In this document: positions 50,400 through 63,754 of the stretch, in pieces
How positions within the stretch are numbered: position 1 is the stretch's first letter
Layout of the letters: each line of letters begins with the position of its first letter
NCBI GenBank assembly: GCA_030324005.1
Contig: JARDVH010000124.1
Coordinates: 27,011,296-27,075,295 of the forward strand
DNA length: 64,000 nt
Source of the DNA: Negaprion brevirostris
Lineage: Eukaryota
Direction: 5' to 3'
Made by a program: the position numbers and the translations under genes
The notes under the pieces: model-generated
The model's input: only the letters and a program-made list of their open reading frames with translations
Database searches by the model: none
Told to the model about the DNA's origin: nothing

Positions 50400-52260
50400 T
50401 AGTCACAGGTGTGGGGTGAAATAATATTTATTGTTGTCGATAATGATGCTTTCAAAATAAGTGATAATATAAAAACATGTAAACGTGAGACTTTAAAGTA
50501 CCAACTATACTATCTACCTCGTGTTGGCCTTACCTATGCCATCTTAGTGCCGCTACAACTTCTTAACTTCGCGTGGCCTACCACTACATCTCAGTGTCTC
50601 CCCAGGGTGTATGTTGAGGGGATGGCCAGCTTTCTACCATGCCCCATGGCCTATAATGCCCTTGGTGTGGGTTTCCTGGAGGGTCTGGACTTTGAGGACC
50701 TCAGATCTCAGTGAAGTATCCATGATACCCTCCTCATCCTGTTGTCCCCGAGATGCCCCATTGTCAGGAACATGGGAGTAAGAAAGTGTAGCCACAGCCA
50801 CAGTCTCCTGGGTGGTAGGGCCCGGCGTGGCTCGAGCCTTTTCCCCCTCCCTCAGGATTCCTGTGGGCCAGTGGGCACTCCATGGGGTGGCAGTGCTTTT
50901 GCAGTGAGCGACAGAAGCTCTTGCGTCACCAGACCTGCCAGTCCTAGAGTTCTTGCCATAGTAATGTGATGGCTGTCTGAGTTGGGGGCCACCTGTCAAT
51001 GGCAGCAGCAGGAGCCTCGGAGAAATTGTTTCAGTTTTCTTCCATGTTTACTCTTTAGGCCAGACTCTTCAGTGCTTAAAAAAGGAAGTCTTGTTACAAA
51101 GTCTTGAGGATCCAAAGTTTCAATGGATAGGTCCAAATCGACTAATTATTAAAGTGTATCACAACCCCAAAAAAAGTGTTCAGCTGGAAGCAGATTTCTA
51201 CACAACTAAATGCACCAATAATGAAATAACTAAGTTTAAGAAACAGCTTGAAGATGCTGTTCAGGACTTTCAGTGTGAAGTACAACACTGGAATTCAACC
51301 TGTCACAGTATAAAACCATCAAAGATACCACCAAGTCGTACATTTAATTTCCAATTCATTGTATTGTAACTGGGCCACGTTCTCAAGGACTGAAGCCATA
51401 GCCTGCTGTGTTTTAGCACTGTCCCGCTGGGTTTCCTGCAAGCTCTCGAGCTTTTTAGATAGGGGCCACAGAATCGTGAGAAGCTGGTTGAGGCCCTTAG
51501 CAGGCCTGCTGTGACTCAGCCATTGCTTGGAACCTGCCACTTATGGTGAGGATATTCTGCCCCGGGCTTTCCACCATGGACATCACCCTTGCAGTGTTGG
51601 CCCGAGAACCACACAGGACAGGCAATAGTTGGTCCACCTGAAAGCTTCGGGACTCCTCACAACACCCTTGCAGTCAGTCCAGTGTTGCTGTCAGCCTCTC
51701 CAGCATTCCCTGGCTCTGTTGCTGCATCTCCAGTGGCTGAGCATGTAGCCTGGGGCCAGCTGAGTCCTCGTTTCCAGCAGGCCCCGGCATGCCAGAAGCC
51801 TTGGACTTTCCTTCAACCACTCAGTGTACATCAGCAGATGTGTCGTGTGTACCAGAGTGACCCAGGTGTCTCACTAACTTTACCCACTGATATGAGAGTC
51901 TCTGGGATGGTGTTGTGAGGTGGAAGCTGATGCAAAATTAATGCTGGCTCAGGGGTCCTTTCATCCGTTTCCTCCGAGGAGTTTTCTGAGCTGTCAGGGG
52001 CAGGATGGGCTGGACCATCATGTTGGGGGCCACAATGCCAGATGGTCCAGGCACAAAGGTGTCCCTTCCTGCAACACAGGACACAAGGTTAAGTGCAAAG
52101 GGTGAGAAAGGAATCTGAGCTGCACATAACTTGAGATTTCTCCAACATGTGGAGGATTGGCAGGTACTCACTTCTGTGCTCCAGCCCAACCATGCTGTCG
52201 CTAATGGTCAACATACCCTCCTCCCGCAAGCTCCAGTGCCCACTCCTCAAAGGGGGTGAG
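50400..52260 (-). pseudogene. Harbinger Myb/SANT companion-gene relic, interrupted at 51021-51369
   Basis: Convergent to the transposase; low-complexity LESLQETQRDSAKTQQAMASVLENVAQ segment. The SANT domain itself was not seen (probably cut off by the CR1). Confidence 0.55.
51022..51369 (+). pseudogene. ZPBP/Sp38 (zona pellucida-binding protein)-like coding fragment, apparently spliced
   Basis: EIVSVFFHVYSLGQTLQCLKKEVLLQSLEDPKFQWIGPNRLIIK-VYHNPKKSVQLEADFYTTKC..VQDFQCEVQHWNSTCHSIK..TFNFQFIV. Aligns by eye with ZPBP ..HVLCV..LIDPSFQWYGP.. and AYREP..APC..LLDLSCEISLLKSECHRVK..FFAFSV. Confidence 0.7.
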
Positions 52261-52264
52261 GACT

Positions 52265-53325
52265 GGAACTGATGACAGAAGGTGGTTGTGGAGGGTTGTT
52301 TTCAAACTGGAGGCCTGTGACCAGCTGTGTGCCTGAGGGTCCACTGTTATTTGTCATTTATATTAATGATTTGGATGAGAATATAGGAAGTATAGTTAGT
52401 AAGTTTTCAAGTGACACCAAGATTGGTAGCATAATGGACAGTAAAGAAGATTACCTCAGATTGCAACAGGATCTTGATCAATTGGGCCAATGGGCTGATG
52501 AATGGCAGATGGAGTTTAATTTAGATAAATGCGAGGTGATGCATTATGGTAGATTGAACCAGGACAGGACTTACTCAGTTAATGGTAGGGCATTAGGGAG
52601 AGTTACAGAGCAAAGAGATCTAGGGGTACAGGTCCATAGTTCCTTGAAAGTGGAGTCACAGGTGGACAGAGTGATAAGGCATTCAGCATGCTTGGTTTCA
52701 TTGGTCAGAACATTGAATACAGGAGTTGGGATGTCTTGTTGAACTTGCACAAGACATTGGTAAAGGCCACACTTGGAATACTGTGTACAGTTCTGGTCAT
52801 CCTATTATTAGAAAAGATCTTATTAAACTAGAAAGAGTGCAGAAAAGATTTACTAAGATGCTACTGGGACTTGATGGTTTGAGTTATAAGGAGAAGCTAG
52901 ATCGAGAAGGGCTTTTTTCTCTGGGGCGTAGAAGGCTAAGGGATGATCTCATAGAGGTCTATAAAATAATAAGGGACATAGATCAGCTAAATAGTTAATA
53001 TCTTTTCCCAAAGGTAGAGAAATCTAAAACTAGAGGGCATAGGTTTAAGGTGAGAGGGGAGAGATACAAAAGTGTCCAGAGGGGCAATTTTTTCACACAG
53101 AGGGTGGTGAGTGTCTGGAACAAGCTGCCAGAGGTAGTAGTAGAGGCGGGTACAATTTTGTCTTTTAAAAAGCATTTAGATAGTTACATGGGTATGATGG
53201 GTATAAAAGGATATGGGCCTCATGTGGGCAATTGGGAATAGCTTAGGGGTTTTAAAAAAGAAAGGGTGGCATGGACAAGTTGGGCCAAAGGGCCTGTTTC
53301 CATGCTGTAAACCTCTATGACTTCA
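52265..53325 (+). mobile_element. Comparatively young CR1 LINE 3' portion (RT C-terminus plus tail)
   Basis: GPLLFVIYINDLDENIGSIVSKFSSDTKIG..WQMEFNLDKCEVMH; LERVQKRFTKML; FFTQRVVSVWNKLPE. Confidence 0.95.
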
Positions 53326-54459
53326 TGATTATCCATGTGGCTATATAATCCATGTTGAAATTACAATGCAAATATGTTATGTTCAGGACAGAATACTCTT
53401 TTACTCACTTGGTCAGTGGGAGTATGTATGCAGATAAATCTCTGCAGTTTCCTCTATGCCTGTTTAGCATCACTTCCTGTGAGCTCAACCCACAGTATTG
53501 AAGTTCCCATTGAGTAATAACAGGGAGTTCTACCAAAGCAAAGGTTGTGAGGAACTGTGCTACTGGAGTGGTGGTAGCTTGTATTAATTTACTGATGTGT
53601 GACAGGAGGGAATGTAATTAATATAGACTCCTGCTTTCTGGCAACAATGTAAAATATTGCAGTTGAAAGGGGAGCAGTGGTTTGCAGTAAGGTCTGTAAT
53701 TGTATTGGCTGCTTCTGTAACCCTGAGGCCATTTATCTTTTTGAACTATGGCCTTAACATCTAATCATTATATTCATAAGAACATGTTACCATCACTACC
53801 TGTTGCTCCTCTACTTTAAGTTCCTTTCCCAAAAAAGCTCAATTAATGCTATTGATATCCTGTAACCAACAGTGTTTCTTCTCAACAGTTATTAGTCTGG
53901 CTCTCAAAACATTAAAGATGTTCAGTGGTGCAGAATCAGCTAACTTTGAGGAGTCAACTGCACATGCTCACTATCCCAAGAGAAAAATAAGCTGCCAATC
54001 TTTTTGGTGTTGGTGTTGTTTAGTCCAATGGTTACTAAGTTGCATAATATGCTTATTTCAACCTCCATGTAGCTTCCATTATCCAAAAGATGATCATGTT
54101 TCCCAACAGATTCCCTTCAGGTTTAGACTCCATGATCAAGCAGTGTCCAACATGGCCCAAGTGACACTGGAGAAAAGGCTGTCACTCCAGTGAGTAATTA
54201 TTTCTAATCCTTGAGCTGCAATGTACCAAAAGGGTGAAACCTGAGTTGGCATTTAGGGAGGTTTCAGCTGTTAGAGTTCTCAGCAGATTTACTAGTTATA
54301 AAGACTTGTGCAGTGTGAGTTTGTTGGATGATGTAGCTTGATGTTGACATTTTAAAATAAACAGTTGAAATGAGTGTGGGGAATGATGGAAGGGGCACCA
54401 AAATTGGGAGAAAATTTTAAATGAATCCTTACTTTTTCCCTCTTTATAATGTATAAGGA

Positions 54460-54630
54460 TCTTCCTCCATTTCTGCCAAAAGGTAGATCTGAACCACAGT
54501 GCCACAGTGCCATTTTGAGTAGGGCAAAGGTGCAGGCCCTAAATCCACCCAGCTGGAATGGAGATTCAACCCCATGTTGACGACACCAATCTGATCCACA
54601 CTAGAGTGCAGCCAACTGAGCCAACCACCC
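54460..54630 (-). mobile_element. Third tRNA-derived SINE family
   Basis: Reverse strand gggtggttggctcagttggc (A-box) ... ggggttgaatctcc (B-box-like); no tRNA cloverleaf. Confidence 0.6.
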
Positions 54631-56814
54631 TCAAATCCCGGGATTACTGCTGTTATTTTACATACATGCAAAAATGGATATTGAAGACTAATTTTTACAT
54701 CATTAATAGGGTTTGATCCTTAGCTTTATACCTTTTATTTATTTCTCCAAGTAGTGCTCTCAGCAATTGCTAGAGGTTATTTCATTAGATATCTGTGCTT
54801 GTCAGAGATATCTCAAGCGATGGTTTTGTAATCTAACACAAGAAATATATGTACAAAGTTTAAATCAAAAGCTTTGGTATTTTTAAAAATTATTCTGGAA
54901 ATGGATTGCATTATAACAGATGGCATAAAAATACTATAGAAGCTACAAGGTTGCAATTCAATTGAAAGACTCTGATGCTATTATGAGCACCAGGATTACA
55001 GTTCAAGAGGTTAATGAGTATCAGCAGAACCAGAGATTAAATAATTGCTTTTAGCTCTCTTCACAGTTTTAAATATAAATATATGTTAAGTGAAAAATGA
55101 AATTAGTAACATACAGACTTAAAGAGACCTGGTGATATTAAAAAAAATCAAGGACATTAGATGCCAAAGCTATGGTAACTATTGATTGTGCATAAGGAGA
55201 TGAAGTTAATTTTTGCAAATTCCTACCAATGTCATGTTGATTCAAGTTTAGCAAAGGAATCCAGCGATGTCACAGTTGAAAAGACATAAAATGAGTCCCA
55301 AGCTGCACATACTATGTTGGGCAAAATTTCTCCCACAGCGTGCACTATGCCCATATAAAATAGGCACAGTTATCCATTACTGATTCTTAAAAGAAGGCCA
55401 TTTCAGTCTTACTTCAGATTGGGGAAAGTTAGGTGAATATCTGGGTTAGACAATGTTGAATGACAGGTCCAGATTAATGTCAACAAAAATGAAGTAACAG
55501 AATACTGGAAATCTGAAACAAAACCATTGAAATGCTTTAAATCTAGAATAATTTCATTGCTTCACTGAAATGATCTCCATCAGATTTTCCCTTTATCTAA
55601 TTTTTCAAAAAGTGGTTTGGGCATTCTAGCAATTGTTTGCTAACCTTTTTCTTTTCCACCACTTTATGCCCTATGGAAAGATTTAAATTAAGGTCAGCAA
55701 AGATTGGGTTAGAATATTGTAAATGTTTAAGTGTTTTACTGTGAGGGAAATGTTTTAATTCACCTGAATTTAGGTCAAACTCCCACCAATTAGAGAGAAT
55801 TCTTCATCAGTCCTCCAGGTTACAGTACTCAAAGCACCGTAAGCCATAAAAAAAACATTAATCTCACTGAGCAGGTCGGGGTGGTGAAGATTGCACAAAT
55901 GGATAAGGTGGCAATAGGAGAGATCAAGGTTGGCTGTAGCGTAACAGCAACAGAATGAGCAGAGCTGGCAATTGAGTACAGTGGACACCAAGACAAAAAA
56001 GAGCAGCAAAACAGACTAAAGTGGACAGCAGTGAAGAATGGGAAGCAGACTAACAGAAGACAAGAAACAGTGATGGAGCAGCCTGGAGCTGACCAGGCCA
56101 GGAAAAGAAAGCAGAGTAATTAAGGATCAGAGAGTGGAGATCATCAGAGAGCAGAAAAAGGAACAGGCTGCCAGACAATCTTAGTGAAAGGGATATTGAA
56201 CTTTATAAAATTTGGATGTCCTTTTTTAATGAGAGCTAATGGAAATCAATGCACATGGTATTTTTTGCCACTTATATTACCTGTTTTAGATTGTAACCAT
56301 GATTCTAATTGTCCTAAAAAGTAGCTTAATCCCCATCAGATGGATCACAATGCCTGGCCCAATAGGTTGGGCACTCCAGCTTAGATCACATAAAGCTTAA
56401 CCAAATGCTTTTCAAATAAGCTAATTGCCATCAGATGGCCTTTGAAGATTTTGGCAATGAATGGCATTTCTTGGTAGACATTCAGTGAAAAGATGGAGCA
56501 CGATAACTGGAAATTATCAGTTAACAATGTGCATGATCATAGGCTACCAATAGGTCCTCCTGAAAAGCAAAGAAACTAGCTGTGAGATGTGCACCAAAGT
56601 CATTGTAAAATTAAACATGACCAAATCATCAGTTGCCAGCCCCACTGTTTACTCACATCTAAAACCATTGGAAATTATTGCAGCAGGGTCAATGACACAC
56701 TGTTTGGCTAGGAATGCCAAGTTTGGCACTCCGTTCTTCATTGTAAGATCAGAAAGCCCAAAGTATACTATGAAGCCAGACTAGACTCCAACAATTTTGC
56801 TGTTTTGGCATTAA

Positions 56815-57460
56815 TGTGAGGATAGGATGTTTCATTCCAGGTGTGATTCTACTGACAAACTAGGGAGCTTTTAACAAAACAAATTTTATTTAACAGTTTA
56901 ACTAGAACAAATGTATTGGCTTAACTCTTAACAATTGAACAATATTTAAACATGACAAGATACAATTCTTAACTGCTAACCTATCACTATGAGTTCCAAT
57001 CAAGCAGAATTTCCCTGAGAGACTTAAATGCTTCTTTATAATTAGTTAGCAAAATACAGGCAAACTGGCTTGTGACTTAGGTTAACAGTCTGGGAGTTCT
57101 CAGAAAACCTCTAGAGAGAGAGAGAGAGAGATCTGTTTCTCCTAGCAAATCCAGGCAGCATCTGCTTGAATTTTAAATGAAAAATGAAATAGGTCTGAAA
57201 GCTTAGCTGTTCCTGTTAATCACATGACTCTGTCCTTATCAATCATTCTAATCAAAAACTCACATGACTCTGCATACCTAGTCTAAAATCCCAGGAGAAC
57301 CTAAACAAACAAAAGGTCCATTTACTCTGTAAAGTAACAGAATCCTAGCTAAAATCAGTTGTTACCCTTCATTCTCAGCACTTGGGCTGCATGGTTTCCC
57401 AGACAAATCGATTCTTGTAACAAAACACTGCCTCTTAAAGCAACCCCACCTTATCAACCA
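56815..57460 (-). mobile_element. Solo-LTR candidate with an internal (GA)n tract
   Basis: tgtgaggatagg...ccttatcaacca ends; antisense polyA signal tttatt at ~56885; (GA)n at ~57113-57131. Confidence 0.45.
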
Positions 57461-59523
57461 CTGCTTTCTCCATTCAGAATAATAATGGTGGAAAAGTCAA
57501 TTCAGACTGGTAGCAACATCTGATGAACATTGATATTACTGCTAAGAAACAGGTCAGGGATGTTTCAGAGCATGTTCCATTGCTCATTCAACTGATTCTC
57601 AGAGATTGGGACTTTAGAAGTGATGATGTTCAAAGATTACAACTTGATGGGTGCATGTTGATGATGATGAGAATATTAATTATTGCTTAACAGCAATAAA
57701 CTCAGGAATGGGTGGTCTTCTGTGTGTTTGTTGTGCCACAAAGCATGTCAACAAAGAAAGCCAACTGCATATGTGTTAAATCAATTGTGATGGGGGGTAT
57801 GGGGTGTTCTCACTTTGAAGGGTTTTAACTCTGGGTAGAAGAAAAACAAGAATTATATTGCTGCACCAAGGTGAATATTGATAGCTTATCCATCAAACTA
57901 GATTAGGGTCACATTCAAGTCAATGGTGGAGGTGGATCCAGGTGGAAAGCCAAAAAGAAAAAAAAAATAGAATGTATATTTAAATAGTACTTTACATATT
58001 CTCTAGGAGTGCCAAAACATTTAATAGGCACTTAATTTCTTTTGATGCGCTGTCAGTGTTATGTTGACCAACAGTGAATAATATGAATGTTAAACATAAA
58101 GGCATATAATAGAATCCAACAACAACTCTTCGGTATTTGGGAAGTAAGGTATCACCTGTGCACAAAAGTCAAGGTAAAATTTCTGTATTCCAGTGCACAT
58201 CTCAAATGACGGTGGATGAAGTACATTTTATCGCTACTTTTACAGACCTTCCCAAGTGAGCTCTGACCTGGTCACTCCTACTTAGAAGACACATTCAAAG
58301 AGAAAAAAGATCTTACAAATATTTAAAAGCAAGTGTTAATAGAATTGAATGCTGTGTGTATATTCTGTAACTATCAATAGTGTGATAGAAAAAGATTTTC
58401 TTTAACTTATTCCTACTCTGAAGTGAACTAATTCTGTTACCAGTTTCTAAATGTGACTTATTTTGATTCCTACTTAGTGTATGTAATATCTTTGAGGATA
58501 GATCTGTTTTATTACTCCAGGTTATGTATTTTCTTCTTCCACTTTCTTGCCAAACTCATTGTTGAATATGACTCCCTGTTCTCCATTCATTTAAAAATGT
58601 GTTGCCTTTGTGACTGAAACTATTCCAAAAGCAGGAGGTTGCATTTATATTAAGAAAGGAATCAATTCTCTCACAAACCAATAACAAATGAGAGCACCAT
58701 AGTTGATTACATTTCCGATATTATTATAGGTAAACTTATGAGCTTACAATAGCATGGCTGTTTTTGCACTGGTTTACTAAGCCATTATGTTTATTGGATA
58801 TGTTTATTTTACAAACAGTAAATGTATATCATAAATGGAATGCTGACTTCATTAATGAAAAACCTGAATAACTAATGAGAACCAGATCAATGGATATTTA
58901 CTTGTGAATGGTACTGTTTAAGTAGCCAGTAGGAATAGAGAGAAAAAATAATACTCAAAGGGCTATTGAATGAACAGGTCTTTTACTTAATCCTCCTTTG
59001 TTGCCTTCTCAGCATCTATATCGATCTCCTCTTTCTCCTGGAATATAATTTTGTCATTGGAAATCATATATACTATCCCCACTTTCTGAACCCTTTATTG
59101 GTGTAAACGACCAACAACAGCAGTAAACCCCTTCATAATTTTCAAAACTTCTGTTTGAAATCTCTTTTCTTCAGCTTTCTTAACCATAATTTGGTCAAAA
59201 ATGACACCATGAGTACAAAAGTAGAGATCATCTTTTCTATTCATTCTGGCTGTTTAAAATTATTGGCATGAAGAATTTTACCCATTCCATTTTTGTTACA
59301 CTATATCTGAAGATTTTCTTTAATTCTGCAACAGCTTGTTATAATTACAAGATTTTATAAGATGGCTATATTTTAAACTGTCTCCTTTAACTTAGAGAGT
59401 AAAATGTAGCAGTAGAGTGGGGCATGTGACTTCCAACTAATTCAGCTCAACAATAAGCTGCACAGGAGCTCATTAGGAATTTTGTGGAAAGTTACTTATT
59501 AAAGATATTGATTTTCTAACAGG

Positions 59524-60215
59524 AAATGACCAAGCTGGATAAAAGGTCCTACCATTCCTCAGTGATGTCAAAAAAGCCTGGTGAAGGCCTTAAAACTGAA
59601 AATGTACAAAAGAAATCAAATGTCAGACAAAATTCCATGACTCCCTCTAAACCTGCTGTGAAAATTACTAGTTCAACTATTCAAGGAGTCAGAAACTCAG
59701 AATGTTAATAATAAAGGAACATTAGATTGACGATAAAGTATTAAGAGCAGTTGGAGGTGACTGAAAGCTTTCTGAAGTAACCATGCAGATGGAACCGGAG
59801 CAAAAGATATCACAGCAGATGGCAACAGTACTCAAGGCTGATGATAGAACAAAAGAAAGCATTGCTTTGAAACAAAAAGACTTTGTTATAGCCAATAATG
59901 ATACCATCAAGCTATGAAGAAGGATGCATGTTCTTAAACATAAATTTTAAACTCCAGAATGACAAAGCGATTGCTCTTGCTCAGAGAGAACTGGACAAAG
60001 CTCGTGCTGAATGGAAAATTGAAAAGCAAAAGGAATTTATTGTGTCTTATCACAAACATACCTTAACAATGCTTTTAATTTTATTTGACAGAAAAACAAG
60101 CTGCTCGAGCTGAAGGAGACAGTGTCAAACCCGGGTATTCTGGAAAAGGACACCAACTGGCAGGTGGAAGTAATCCTTCATTTAAACAGCATGAGGACAA
60201 TTCTGATGTGTGGCG
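59524..60215 (+). pseudogene. Decayed CEP152-like pseudogene fragment
   Basis: Colinear pieces SSVMSKK, QNDKAIALAQRELDKARAEWKIEKQKE, NFI*QKNKLLELKET, KQHED match recalled CEP152 [55 protein letters not shown]. Many stops and deletions. Confidence 0.6.
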
Positions 60216-62847
60216 ACTTAAGATTTTCATTATTGACTTGGACATTTAGAAAATATGCGGACATGGAAGAGAATGGAGATCAAAAATTAAAACAGGAACA
60301 CAGCGGATCAAAGACTGTGTTAAAAGGCTTTGATGGCTATGTTGTTCGTGACAGTGTACCAGACCAAACCAAATATAAAATTTTCTAACCAAGGACATGG
60401 AAAAGCTGTAAAACTGCATACCATGAGAAAGGGCTTTTGCTGTGATGGATAACAGAGAGTGAACCCACTAGTAATAATGTAAATTCTCCTTTGTAAGAAA
60501 GCTAGAATTCTAAGAACTCATGCAAACTGGACTTTAAATCCTAACTTGCACATCCACTTAGTTGTTGTGAGTTAAGTATGATGATGTGGTCTGTGTTTTA
60601 ATGGTGAAATGTCACATCAAGAGAAATTATATTACTTGTACATAGTCAAGGTGCTTACATTGTTATGTTAAGATAGTGTTGTAGAGAAAATATTACTTTG
60701 TAAATTTTTCAGTTTTCGGGAGGAAGAGTTACGAATGTGAGGTTTTATAAAATGGTTATGTTTCAAACTATCTCCTTTATTTCAAGGTAAAATTGGGTAG
60801 AGGAGATGAACATGTGACCTCCTATCTATGTGACCTAGTTGTGATGCGGCAAGGGCACAGGTCAGGCCCTATTGAAAGCAATATGCCAATTTTTTATACT
60901 GGCGACAAAGAAAACGCCAGTCGGAGAGAGGGGAAGCAAAAACTGCAGCTCTGAAAACATCAGAAAAAAGGGCTGTTTCCTGTTAACCACCAGACAGGTT
61001 GCTGGTGGGAATTCATTCTCTGGTTGAAAGGATAGGAACAATGGAGGAGATCGGAAGATTTGCGCTGACATGGCCAGGGGAAGAAGTCACCAAACTGAAC
61101 CCTGCTGCAGGAAACTCTTTTGGGAATTTTCAGAAGTCTGAGGAAATGACTTTTGATGAATTGGACGTTATGACTCAATAGAACAGGGAAGCAAACTTTT
61201 TGGAAGCTTGGAGTTACGTTGGATTCATATCTGTAAAGATTACAATTATGCTGAGATATATCTGTTTTTGTAACCTCATCTGCAGTTCTGCACACAGTAT
61301 TGCTCACCATACCAGAAGGATGCTATTATCATCCCCTCAGGCACGCTTTGGTTTATAGCTTTAAAACTAATTATTTAATATTTTATTGTTTGAACTTGGA
61401 CATTTATACCATGGAATATGTATTTTCTTGCATGGCAGCTGTAAAATATCATAATTTGCCTAAACAATGTTAATTTTTTTCTTCACAGTTGAAATGGTGA
61501 ATTAAAAATATATATTTATTTTGTTTGCTGGCAACTAGCACTTGCAAACCAGTTGCCTAATTTATCAGTGAAAGAAATCCAGGTTTAGGACCAAGACAAT
61601 TCCTGTAATTTAATAGTTCATTGAGGAAATTTTCAAATTAACCATTGGATTTGTATGTAGTGAGGTGAGAGATGGTTCAATTTAATAAATAAATATCCTT
61701 TATTCACACACATGTTGGAAGTTCACATTATGAGGGGCACTGGAAATTCAAGTTGAATCTATTCGAGAATAGCATCTTTTCTGTTTCTGGTTTTGTTACT
61801 TGTACATCATCAAGTCTTTCCCTTTGATAGGATAAATTGAATATTTCACTGTTCTCTACTACAGTTCCTTTGTTTACACATACTGAAACATCATAGGTTA
61901 AATACCACATTTCAATTCCAATTTATTTAATATTTTGCAGACACTTTTAACAGCAATTCAGGAAAATGTATTCTGTTGATGTATCCAATCTTTGGCCATC
62001 GTAACATCTGAAGCTTGAGTCTTACTGCCAGTGAATGGCTTTCAGCAGGATTATAAAAAGTGTCAGTCTTTTTTCCCAATAATGCTGAGGCAATGGCTGT
62101 GACTTCAAAACACCTCAAAAAATATCAACTCACTGTTGATTAATATTATGGGAACAAGCCATAGGTTAGAAATTGGTTCATGCCTAGCTTTGGCCATAAG
62201 CTCAACGGTGATGATGAACTGCAGTACTGAAACTAATGCACAATGTAACACAATGTAGGTTTTAAATGAAACATTTCTTAGTTAAAAAAGCAACCTGATT
62301 GTGTCTTTTAGGTGGGATCTTATGAAGTTGCTGTAGAATAGTGGACTCCAAAGTAGATTTAAAACTAAAAGGATTATCACCATGACCTAAAATGAACCTG
62401 CTAACATCCCACATGAACGTACAATCATTTATTTAATAGAACTCACTGACCAAATCCTTTTTCATATACTATTTGTCATTTTCAGCATAAGGTGATCAAT
62501 ATCTTGGCTTTGAAATAAATAATATATTACAACTGTCACAATAAGTTACATCATCTACAGCTGATCATATTTGAAGCATAAAGCACAACATTGGCTAATA
62601 TCGAATGTAAAAGTCCAGTTGGTTATATTTTTTAAAGAAGGTTGTTGAGAACGGCAGATGAAACAATGCTATATTATTGCTCCCTCCATAACTATCTTAA
62701 GGAGATTTCATAATTTAGTCCCAAATTTGTCCTTGTATTTGGCACAGACACAATTGCCTAAGACCACACAGCATTCTCTGTTGTAGCTTTACTACAATTT
62801 GGCATTGTGTCACCTCTGGTCTAAAGAAAATTAAAGTTAACACAGCA

Positions 62848-63754
62848 GGCGCTATTTTACCATTTGGATTCTAAGTGCTGGGCGGACTTGAAACTGGGAG
62901 TGTTTCAGATCCAACNNNNNNNNNNNNNNNNNNNNNNNNNNNNNNNNNNNNNNNNNNNNNNNNNNNNNNNNNNNNNNNNNNNNNNNNNNNNNNNNNNNNN
63001 NNNNNNNNNNNNNNNNNNNNNNNNNNNNNNNNNNNNNNNNNNNNNNNNNNNNNNNNNNNNNNNNNNNNNNNNNNNNNNNNNNNNNNNNNNNNNNNNNNNN
63101 NNNNNNNNNNNNNNNNNNNNNNNNNNNNNNNNNNNNNNNNNNNNNNNNNNNNNNNNNNNNNNNNNNNNNNNNNNNNNNNNNNNNNNNNNNNNNNNNNNNN
63201 NNNNNNNNNNNNNNNNNNNNNNNNNNNNNNNNNNNNNNNNNNNNNNNNNNNNNNNNNNNNNNNNNNNNNNNNNNNNNNNNNNNNNNNNNNNNNNNNNNNN
63301 NNNNNNNNNNNNNNNNNNNNNNNNNNNNNNNNNNNNNNNNNNNNNNNNNNNNNNNNNNNNNNNNNNNNNNNNNNNNNNNNNNNNNNNNNNNNNNNNNNNN
63401 NNNNNNNNNNNNNNNNNNNNNNNNNNNNNNNNNNAGCCATTAGACATGCGGCACTGACCTCCTCACTCACTGGAGAGCCCAAATCAGATTTTTATGGAGC
63501 ATGCCTGTTTCTGCCGATTCTGGATGGGTGAACATGGTGGTAACGGGGAAAGTGCCAGTAAGGCTGGGCGTGCAGCCCACTAAATCAATTTAAATGCATG
63601 CAGATATATTTAAATAGCCATCGTGACCATTTCCGGGCCTTGGTAAAGGGGGAACCAGTGCGGAGGCAGGTGCAGATTGTGCTACTCACCACAACCCAAC
63701 TTTACCAAGTTTTCTGCCCGAAAATGGGCGCAACTTGATGGTAAAATCAGGCTC
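62848..63754. mobile_element. Harbinger-type MITE spanning an N-gap
   Basis: Inverted ends attttaccat / atggtaaaat; CpG-retaining interior. Confidence 0.6.

Noticed and set aside
51030-51058. Splice acceptor (tttag) making the ZPBP-like block a live exon
   Set aside because: The upstream pyrimidine run translates in frame with ZPBP-like spacing (VSVFFHVYSLG), no good donor follows, and no other ZPBP exons were seen in the window. Not fully excluded.
62864-63531. Long ORFs here and at 11719-12362, 34895-35530, 46665-47211, 48132-48530
   Set aside because: Artefacts of translating through N-gaps.
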